This document shows positions 47,398-54,868 of a stretch of DNA of 64,000 nt, piece by piece. The translations under genes were made by a program, and so were the position numbers. The stretch covers positions 1,856,001-1,920,000 of the forward strand of contig OZ245777.1 of assembly GCA_965227775.1 (NCBI GenBank). The letters run 5' to 3'. This stretch comes from Phycisphaerales bacterium. Lineage in GTDB: Bacteria; Planctomycetota; Phycisphaerae; Phycisphaerales; UBA1924. The first letter of the stretch is position 1. Every line of letters begins with the position of its first letter. The notes under the pieces are model-generated. The model did not search any database. It was not told the DNA's origin and saw nothing but the letters and a program-made list of their open reading frames with translations.

Positions 47398-48241
47398 TCG
47401 TGACTCCTTCTGGCACCCGACGCAGCACGTCGGCCAGGTTGTCTTTCCAGTGGGTCATCGGGCCGAGCTCGGCCTCGGTCCTGCTGATGTCCAGCACGCT
47501 GTAGGCCGGGCGCTTGGCCGGGCGAGGGAACTGGTCGCTCGTGCACGGCTCAATTTTGGCGGGCGCGCCGATCAATCGCTTGATTTCGTTTGCGAACTCG
47601 TACCACGTGCACTCGCCTCCGTCGGTTATGTGCCACGGGCCGCACATACCGCGACTCCAGAGCTCAACCGTGCTGCGCGCGAGATGCTCAACCGATGTCG
47701 GGCGGCCGCGCTGGTCGTGTACCACTTTGAGGTGATCCCGCTCCATCATGAGCTTGCGCATCGTCAGCACAAAGTTGTTGCCCCACGGCGCATAGAGCCA
47801 GCTCGTTCGAACATTGAGCCATGCCGCGTGGCGCAGGTCGAGTAGCTCTTCCCCTGCGGCCTTCGATCGGCCATAGGCATTGATCGGATCGCGATCGTGA
47901 TACGGGTCGTACGGCGACTGGCCACGACCATTGAAGACGTAATCGGTTCCGAACGTGACGAAGCCACCACCGTCACACTTCGACGCGAGTCGGGAGACCG
48001 ATTCGCCGTTGATCACCGTCGCTTCATCTTCGTGCGTTTCGGCACCATCGACATCGGTCCACGCGGCACAGTTGAACAGTGCCTCACACATCGGTAGGGC
48101 GTTGATCGATTCGGGCCGGGCGAGATCGACTTCGGCGCGGGTAGGTGTGAGCGGTTCGATGCCACGGCTGCGCAGTTCCGCCACGACGGCACGCCCCAGC
48201 ATGCCCGTCGCGCCGATCACCACGTGCGGCTGATCGCTCAT
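47390..48241 (-). CDS. rfbD: dTDP-4-dehydrorhamnose reductase
   Basis: GATGMLG, NCAAWTDVDGAE, TDYVFNG, YGRSKAAGE, DQRGRPT and RPAYSVL. Confidence 0.93.
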   Translation of the reverse strand: MSDQPHVVIGATGMLGRAVVAELRSRGIEPLTPTRAEVDLARPESINALPMCEALFNCAAWTDVDGAETHEDEATVINGESVSRLASKCDGGGFVTFGTDYVFNGRGQSPYDPYHDRDPINAYGRSKAAGEELLDLRHAAWLNVRTSWLYAPWGNNFVLTMRKLMMERDHLKVVHDQRGRPTSVEHLARSTVELWSRGMCGPWHITDGGECTWYEFANEIKRLIGAPAKIEPCTSDQFPRPAKRPAYSVLDISRTEAELGPMTHWKDNLADVLRRVPEGVTNA

Positions 48242-48774
48242 CCGTGCTGCACGCCCCATGGGAAGGCTTCGACCGTGTCGTGCGCCATGCGGAACTCGTC
48301 GGGCGTGCTCGGGTCGTACTGGTGCGTGACGTAGTAGAGCAGGCCCGCTGGCTCGTGGCCAACGGTCGCACAGCCGTGCCAGAGCGGTGGGGGGATGATC
48401 ACCACGCCCGGGCGACGCTCGCCGACGACGGCCATCCAGCGGCGGCCGTCGCTCTCGCGGAAGACGCCGGTCTTGACATGGCCGTTGATGCAAAGCCAGA
48501 AGTCGGTCTGCTTCGTGTGGCGGTGCCAGGCCTTGATGACGCTGGGGTACATCACCGAGTAGTTGATCTGCCCGGCCGGCCCGAGCACGCCCTGCATCAG
48601 GTTCATGACCGACCAGCCGCGATCGTCGGCGAAGATCGATGCCGGTATCAGCAGCGGCTCGAGCTCTTCCTTGGCCATATCGAACGCCTCGGCGGGTGAG
48701 AGCTTCACGCTGCGGATGGGCTCGGGCTTGCGCGCTTCGGCGGCGGTGGGCATGTCCGTTGTGGCAGTGCTCAT
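48238..48774 (-). CDS. rfbC: dTDP-4-dehydrorhamnose 3,5-epimerase family (cupin)
   Basis: DDRGW, IKAWHRH..QTD and IPPPLWHG; ATGA overlaps on both sides. Confidence 0.85.
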   Translation of the reverse strand: MSTATTDMPTAAEARKPEPIRSVKLSPAEAFDMAKEELEPLLIPASIFADDRGWSVMNLMQGVLGPAGQINYSVMYPSVIKAWHRHTKQTDFWLCINGHVKTGVFRESDGRRWMAVVGERRPGVVIIPPPLWHGCATVGHEPAGLLYYVTHQYDPSTPDEFRMAHDTVEAFPWGVQHG

Positions 48775-49535
48775 GCGCTTGCTCCCGCGGGAAGTCGCAC
48801 GTGGTTGGCTCCACCCTCGCGAACCATGGTTGCCGCACGATGTAGGCTCTCGAACGTGCCGGCATCCGTCCACCAGCCATCGAGCGTCTCGTAGGTCAGA
48901 TCGCCGCGCTTCAGGTAGAAGTTGTTGACGTCGGTAATCTCGAGCTCGCCGCGGGCGCTGGGCTCTAGGCCGTCGCACATCTCGAACACGTCGGCGTCGT
49001 AGAAGTAGATGCCCGTAACGGCGCTGTTGCTGGGCGGGTCGCTTGGCTTCTCGATGATCTCGGCAACCTTCTGGTCGTCGCCCGCGCCCTCGAACCGGAC
49101 GACGCCGAAGCGCTCGGGGTCCTCCACGGTCTTGAGAAGCAACTTGGCGCCGCTCTGCTGGGTGAAGAAGTCGCCGGCCGCCTTCTTGATGTTGCCCTCG
49201 ATGATGTTGTCGCCCAGCACCACACAGATCTTTTCACCGTCTGCGAAGTCCTTGGCCAATCGCAATGCGTCGGCGATTCCGCCCTCGCCTTCCTGGTAGG
49301 CGTATGCGAGGCGCTTCACGCCTAGGTCGTGGCCGTTCTTCAGCAGCTTCAGAAAGTCGCCCGCGTGCTCGCCGCCGGTGACGATGAGGATCTCGGTGAT
49401 TCCGGCGTTGAGCAGGCACTGGATGGGGTAGTAGATCATCGGCCGGTCGAAGACCGGCAGCAGGTGCTTGTTCGTCACCAGCGTCAGCGGCCGGAGCCTC
49501 GTGCCGAGCCCACCCGCCAAGATCACACCCTTCAC
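48771..49535 (-). CDS. rfbA: Glucose-1-phosphate thymidylyltransferase (short form)
   Basis: GTG start after GGAGG; KGVILAGGLGTRLRPLT, NKHLLPV, LGDNI, EKP, SARGELEITDVN and WTDAGT. Confidence 0.9.
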   Translation of the reverse strand: MKGVILAGGLGTRLRPLTLVTNKHLLPVFDRPMIYYPIQCLLNAGITEILIVTGGEHAGDFLKLLKNGHDLGVKRLAYAYQEGEGGIADALRLAKDFADGEKICVVLGDNIIEGNIKKAAGDFFTQQSGAKLLLKTVEDPERFGVVRFEGAGDDQKVAEIIEKPSDPPSNSAVTGIYFYDADVFEMCDGLEPSARGELEITDVNNFYLKRGDLTYETLDGWWTDAGTFESLHRAATMVREGGANHVRLPAGASA

Positions 49536-49785
49536 TGCCCACCTCCCGTGGCTGTTCCCGATGGCGTTATCGACCGTTGCTCGGCACGACTCTCGTTGGC
49601 CTCGATCGGGACATCCCCAGCCAACCCGGCGTTCTCTCGGTGGTATTGTTGCCGAGGCTGGGTCAGAAACCCGTGCTGCAACATGAAGTTGGCGCAGACG
49701 GGCCGGGCCGGTACCCTGCATCCCAAGGAAATGGATCACGCTCGGGTGGGCCGAGATCACTCCTCTGCCGAATTGGAGGCCAGCG

Positions 49786-51570
49786 GTGAGTACAAACAGA
49801 ATCCAAGCATTCCTCGTGTTGCTCGCCCTCGTGGTGGCGACGCCGCTCGCGGTGGCGCAGGACACCATCCTCCGCCTGCCGATGCGGACGGCCGGACCGA
49901 ACACGCTCGACCCCGCACAGGGCTCGACCACCTACGAGAACATGGCCTGCTCGCAGGTCTACGAGACGCTGCTCCAGCCCAAGTACACCAATCCCAACGA
50001 ACTCGAGCCGCTGCTGCTGGCTGAGATGCCCACCAGCTACACCGATGAACAGGGCCGCAAGGTCTGGAAATTCACGCTGCGTGACGACGCCGAGTTCCAC
50101 GACAGCGAGTGCTTCCCCGGTGGTGAGGGTCGGCAAGTTACCACCGACGACGTGTTCTACTCGTGGAAGCGGCTGGCGGACCAGCGCGCCAGCGAGGGCA
50201 AGAACTGGTGGCTGCTCAAGGACACCATCGTCGGTTTCGACGAGTACAAGGCCCGCCAGGACCAGGCCCCCGAGTTCGACTACGACGCGCCCGTCGAGGG
50301 CCTGCGCAAGCTGAGCGATACCGAGTTCGAGGTCGTGCTCCAGCAGCCCGTGTACCGGTTTATATGGGTGTTGCAGATGTTCCAGACCTCCGTCGTGCCG
50401 CGCGAGGCCGTGGAGTACTACAACGCGGAAGGCCGCAACGGCTTTTCTGCGAACCCCGTCGGCACGGGCCCGTTCGTGTTCCGCGAGTGGCGACCCAAGC
50501 AGTCGTTCGTGGTCGTGCGCAACCCTGATTATCGCGAGGCTTTCTACCCCAGCGAGGGTTGGTCTTCCGACGACGTCGAGCGTGGCCTTGCCGACGCTGG
50601 CGGCCAGCGCATCCCGATGGTCGATCGCCTGGAGTTCTCGATGTACGTCGAGGACAACCCGCTGTGGCTCGACTTTGAGAACGAAAAGCTCGGCTACATC
50701 GAGCTGCCGTACGACTTCTTCCAGAACGCGTTCAACCCGCGCACGAAGCGCATGGATCGCGGCTTGCGCCGCAAGGGCGTGACGTACGTGGTCGAGCCGC
50801 AGCTCGACTTCATCTTCCGCTCGTTCAACATGGAAGATGAGCTGGTCGGTGGCTACACGCCCGAGAAGGTCGCCCTCCGACGCGCGATCAGCCTCGCGGT
50901 CGACCTGAACGAGATCAACGAGTCGTTCTATGCCGGCCTGTGCACCGTGTACGACGGTCCCATCCCCCCCGGGCTGGACGGCCACCCCGAGGGCAGCCGT
51001 GTCGAGGGCGCCTACCGCGGACCCAACCTCGAGCTTGCCCGGGAGTATCTCGTGAAGGCCGGCTATCCCAACGGCGAGGGGCTGCCACCCATCCGCTTCG
51101 CCACGAGCCGGAGCGGCACCAACGCCCGGCAGACGGCGATGCTCAAGCGCCAACTCGCGGAGGTTGGCATTCGCATCGAAGAAGTGCTGCTCGACTTCCC
51201 CGACCTGATCTCGCAGGTCAACCGACGCGAAGTGCCCTTCTTCGGCTTCGCGTGGGCCAGCGACTATCCCGATGGCGAGAACAATCTCGCGCTCTTTTAC
51301 TCGCCCAACGCCTCGCCGGGCAGCAACCACTCCAACTACAGCCGACCCGAGTACGACGAGATGTACGAACGTGCCCGGCTCATGGAGCCCGGCCCCGACC
51401 GGACGGCCTTGTACGAAGAGATGCGTGACATGATCCTGAGCGACTCGCCCTTCGTGGGGTCGCTCGCCCGCAACCGCTACTTCCTGGTGAACGACCACGT
51501 GGACAACGCCAAGCCCACGCAGCGCTTCTGGTCGTGGTTCAAGTACCTCGACACCGAGCAGACCCGCTAA
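49786..51570 (+). CDS. Peptide/nickel-type ABC transporter substrate-binding protein (family 5)
   Basis: Signal peptide; TLDPA, VYETLL, PLLLA, PVGTGPF, RNPDY, LRRAISLA and WASDYPD. Confidence 0.9.
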   Translation: MSTNRIQAFLVLLALVVATPLAVAQDTILRLPMRTAGPNTLDPAQGSTTYENMACSQVYETLLQPKYTNPNELEPLLLAEMPTSYTDEQGRKVWKFTLRDDAEFHDSECFPGGEGRQVTTDDVFYSWKRLADQRASEGKNWWLLKDTIVGFDEYKARQDQAPEFDYDAPVEGLRKLSDTEFEVVLQQPVYRFIWVLQMFQTSVVPREAVEYYNAEGRNGFSANPVGTGPFVFREWRPKQSFVVVRNPDYREAFYPSEGWSSDDVERGLADAGGQRIPMVDRLEFSMYVEDNPLWLDFENEKLGYIELPYDFFQNAFNPRTKRMDRGLRRKGVTYVVEPQLDFIFRSFNMEDELVGGYTPEKVALRRAISLAVDLNEINESFYAGLCTVYDGPIPPGLDGHPEGSRVEGAYRGPNLELAREYLVKAGYPNGEGLPPIRFATSRSGTNARQTAMLKRQLAEVGIRIEEVLLDFPDLISQVNRREVPFFGFAWASDYPDGENNLALFYSPNASPGSNHSNYSRPEYDEMYERARLMEPGPDRTALYEEMRDMILSDSPFVGSLARNRYFLVNDHVDNAKPTQRFWSWFKYLDTEQTR

Positions 51571-51603
51571 GACCGGTCGAGCACGAAAGGCGGCTAAGCC
51601 GGC

Positions 51604-53184
51604 ATGTGGGCGTATGTCCTCCGACGCATCTTGTACAACATCCCCGTGTACATGGGGGTGATCCTTTTTCTGATGATCTTGCTGCGCCTCACCGATCCGG
51701 TGACGGCGTATCTGGGCAAGTTCCCCACGTACGACCAGTACAACACGAAGCGGTCGGACTTCGGCCTCGACCGGCCACTCCTGGGAGACTGGCAGATCGG
51801 CGGCCGCACGTGGGAAACGCGTGAGGGTGGGCTCGGCGGCGAGTACCTCGCGAAGGGCCGCGGCACGGGCAACGCCCACGTGCAGTGGACATTCGATCTG
51901 CCCGCGGGCACCTACAAGGTCCAGGCAACGTGGCCCACCATGCAAGATGGTGAGATCACACGATCCGTTGGCGAGTCGGGACTCGTCTGGGTGCGGCTGA
52001 TCGAAGACGAGATCGCGCTCCGCACTGTTTCGATGGACCAGACGCGTCCGCCGAGGTCCATCGAAATCGACGGCGTCGGCTGGGCCGACCTGGGCAATGT
52101 TGACCTGTCGACGGGCGACCCGCTCGTTGTGCGCGTGCTCGACGATTCGAGCACGGGCATTGTAATCGATGCGCTGCGTATCCAGCCCGTGCGTGTCGAC
52201 GAGGGCGAACTGCCTGAGCCGTTTGTTGCTGACACGGATGCTCCCAACGTCGTGATCGTCGATGACCCCTGGACCATCGGCGGCTGGGGACGGAGCCTCT
52301 GGGACAATCAGTACCTCGCAGCACTCGGGCGGATCGTGACTTTGCGATTCGACCAGCGGAGCTGGTCGGTCGAGAGCCAGAGCGTCGGCGAGATCATCGC
52401 CACGTCGATCGTGCCGAGCTTGTCCGTCACGCTGCCCGTGCTGATCCTCACCACGCTCATCTCGACGAGTTTGGGCCTGCTTGCGTCGTTCAACCGCGGC
52501 AAGCCGCTGGACCGCGGCGTGATGTTCCTCGCCGTGCTGGGGATGAGCATCAGCTACCTCGTGTACGTGATCGTGGGGCAGTACTTCGGTGCCCAGTGGC
52601 CCCGATTGGCCTTCGACATCGAGATTTTCTCCACGTTTGGATACGAGCCCGTGCTACCAATCTGGTCGCAGGTCGAGCAGGAGCTGATCGACAACGGCAC
52701 GGAAGATCCGGGCTGGTTCCGCGTGCTGCTGTCGTGGATCGCTTCGGTGCCAGGCGCATTGGGCAAGTGGCCCTACTACTGCCTTTTGCCGGTCATGATC
52801 GGCGTGATCGTTGCGATGGGGTACGACACGCGCTTCTACCGCGCCGTCATGGTCGAGGAGTGCAACAAGGACTACATCCGCACCGCTCGGGCCAAGGGCG
52901 CGAGCAACCGCCGCGTGATGTACCGCCACATGCTGCGCAACGCGCTCATCCCGATCATCACCCGCGTGATGATCTCGCTGCCGTTCATCATCATGGGCTC
53001 GCTGCTCGTGGAGATCTACTTCGGCATCCCGGGCATGGGCCAGCAGCTCTTCACCGCCATCACCAACAAGGACTTCCCGGTGGTCGAAGCCATTACCGCG
53101 CTGCTGGCGGCGCTGTTCATCATCACCAACATCCTGACCGACGTGCTCTACGCCGTGGTCGACCCGCGGGTCACGCTGAAGTGA
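51604..53184 (+). CDS. OppB/DppB-type ABC permease with inserted golvesin/Xly-CBD-like domain
   Basis: YVLRRIL, FGLDRPL...QY and the EAA loop DYIRTARAKG...HMLRNA; about 165 aa beta-rich insertion. Confidence 0.88.
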   Translation: MWAYVLRRILYNIPVYMGVILFLMILLRLTDPVTAYLGKFPTYDQYNTKRSDFGLDRPLLGDWQIGGRTWETREGGLGGEYLAKGRGTGNAHVQWTFDLPAGTYKVQATWPTMQDGEITRSVGESGLVWVRLIEDEIALRTVSMDQTRPPRSIEIDGVGWADLGNVDLSTGDPLVVRVLDDSSTGIVIDALRIQPVRVDEGELPEPFVADTDAPNVVIVDDPWTIGGWGRSLWDNQYLAALGRIVTLRFDQRSWSVESQSVGEIIATSIVPSLSVTLPVLILTTLISTSLGLLASFNRGKPLDRGVMFLAVLGMSISYLVYVIVGQYFGAQWPRLAFDIEIFSTFGYEPVLPIWSQVEQELIDNGTEDPGWFRVLLSWIASVPGALGKWPYYCLLPVMIGVIVAMGYDTRFYRAVMVEECNKDYIRTARAKGASNRRVMYRHMLRNALIPIITRVMISLPFIIMGSLLVEIYFGIPGMGQQLFTAITNKDFPVVEAITALLAALFIITNILTDVLYAVVDPRVTLK

Positions 53185-53197
53185 GAGGGGCCGGGCG

Positions 53198-54637
53198 TTG
53201 AGCGGATCGCTGCTGGATCGCAAGATCGAGGGAGAACTGGCCGAGGGCAAGGTCGGCTGGTTCACGTCGTTGCGCCGTTCGAGGGCGTTCCGAACGTATA
53301 TGCGCGACAAGGCGGCTGTCGTGGCACTCTGCGTCATCGCCCTGTACATCTCGATGGCGCTGATCATCGTCGGCGCCCAAATCGCCAACAAGCTCTCTCG
53401 CGGAGGGCTGTCGGACACGTTCATCGTCAAGGAGTTCTCGCTCGAGCGTGCGACCGAGCGTGTCGGCCCCGATAGCCTGCCGGGCTTCTTCGAGCAAGCC
53501 GACATTGACAAGCGGCTCGAGCACGCCGACTACATGCTCGCCCAAGTTGAGCGCGAACTGGAACGCGATGATCCGGTTGCGGCGCTCGCGGCCGTGCAGT
53601 TTGCCGAGCTGAGCGTGGTCGACGCCCCAATCGAGGAAATCGAGACGAGGCTCGGCGACGCGTACGACCAGCTCGACGAGGTCGATGTCGTCTATGAGGA
53701 CTACGAGATCTTGCTCGACGACCTCGCCGATGCGCGGGCCGATGCGCGAGAGGCCGCAACACAGGCCGACCGCGAGGCCGCCAGCCAACTGGCCGAGACG
53801 CTCAAGGCAGATGCGGACGTTGCGTATGAGGCCCTGCTGGCCGAGATCACTACGCTGGACGAGCGCGTCGAAGCCGTGTTTCCAGATCCGACTGGCTTTG
53901 CCGGATTCATGTATGACATGCGCCTTGTGCTCGGCACCGACAGCCAGGGGCGATCAATCCTGTGGCGCGCGGTGTATTCCATTCGCGTGGCGACGCAGGT
54001 GGGGCTGGTCTCGGCCATCATCGCCGTCATCGTTGGTGCGTTCCTGGGCGCGACGGCCGGGTTCTTTGGTGGTTGGGTCGACCATTCCATCGTCTGGCTG
54101 TACTCGACGCTGTCCAGCGTGCCGTACATCGTGCTGCTCACGGTGGTCGCGTTCGTGTTTGGCTCGATGGAGCTCACTGTGCCGTTCACGAACGGCGTCA
54201 AGGTGCACCAAACGCTCATACCGATGTATGTCGCGTTCGGCGTGACCTTCTGGATTGCCCCGTGCCGCCAGATTCGCGGCGAGGCGCTCAAGATCCGGTC
54301 GCTCGACTACGTGCAGAGTGCGACGGCCTTGGGTGCGGGTCGGTTCTACATCCTGCGGAAGCACATCATCCCGAACGTGCTGTTCCTGGTCTTCATCAAT
54401 TTCTCGCTCATCTTCATCGGTGCCATCAAGAGCGAGGTCATCCTCAGCTTCCTGGGCATTGGCGTGCAGGGACAGCCAAGCTGGGGCGTCATGATCAGCG
54501 AATCGCGCAGCGAGGTGCTCAACCAGTTCTTCTGGCAGATCGGCACCGCCACGGCGTTCATGTTCGGGCTAGTGCTGGCGTTCAACGTCTTTAGCGATGC
54601 GCTGCAGGACGCCTTCGATCCCAAGCACGCCCGCTGA
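53198..54637 (+). CDS. OppC/DppC-type ABC permease with helical insertion
   Basis: LGTDSQGR, DYVQSATALGA, HIIPN, LSFLGIG, PSWG and DALQDAFDPK. Confidence 0.9.
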   Translation: MSGSLLDRKIEGELAEGKVGWFTSLRRSRAFRTYMRDKAAVVALCVIALYISMALIIVGAQIANKLSRGGLSDTFIVKEFSLERATERVGPDSLPGFFEQADIDKRLEHADYMLAQVERELERDDPVAALAAVQFAELSVVDAPIEEIETRLGDAYDQLDEVDVVYEDYEILLDDLADARADAREAATQADREAASQLAETLKADADVAYEALLAEITTLDERVEAVFPDPTGFAGFMYDMRLVLGTDSQGRSILWRAVYSIRVATQVGLVSAIIAVIVGAFLGATAGFFGGWVDHSIVWLYSTLSSVPYIVLLTVVAFVFGSMELTVPFTNGVKVHQTLIPMYVAFGVTFWIAPCRQIRGEALKIRSLDYVQSATALGAGRFYILRKHIIPNVLFLVFINFSLIFIGAIKSEVILSFLGIGVQGQPSWGVMISESRSEVLNQFFWQIGTATAFMFGLVLAFNVFSDALQDAFDPKHAR

Positions 54638-54663
54638 TTCGAACTAACCCAAACAAATAATAA

Positions 54664-54685
54664 ACCCACGCCGGGCGGCGTGGGT
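54664..54685. terminator. Hairpin after the ABC operon
   Basis: ACCCACGCC-GGGC-GGCGTGGGT stem-loop 26 nt after the stop; weak U-tract on the plus strand. Confidence 0.5.
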
Positions 54686-54868
54686 GTCCGTTTCCGCATG
54701 CGCAAAAGAAAAACACGACGTCCGACAGCAACCGGGCGCCGTGTTTAGGAGGAGAGAGACAAGACAAAGGAAATATGCGCCGGTTTTCCTGGCACGCCAG
54801 CACTTCTTGAAAGAAAATGTTCTCGGGGTGGGTCAGAGACGCCTGGAGGGGTCCGGAGGGGAGTCGAG

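Noticed and set aside
49663..51945. 760-aa minus-strand ORF opposite the ABC substrate-binding gene
   Set aside because: Antisense shadow; no independent coding signal.
54790..54806. Sigma54 promoter at TGGCAC
   Set aside because: The required TTGC at -12 is absent (TGGCAC-GCCAG-CACT).
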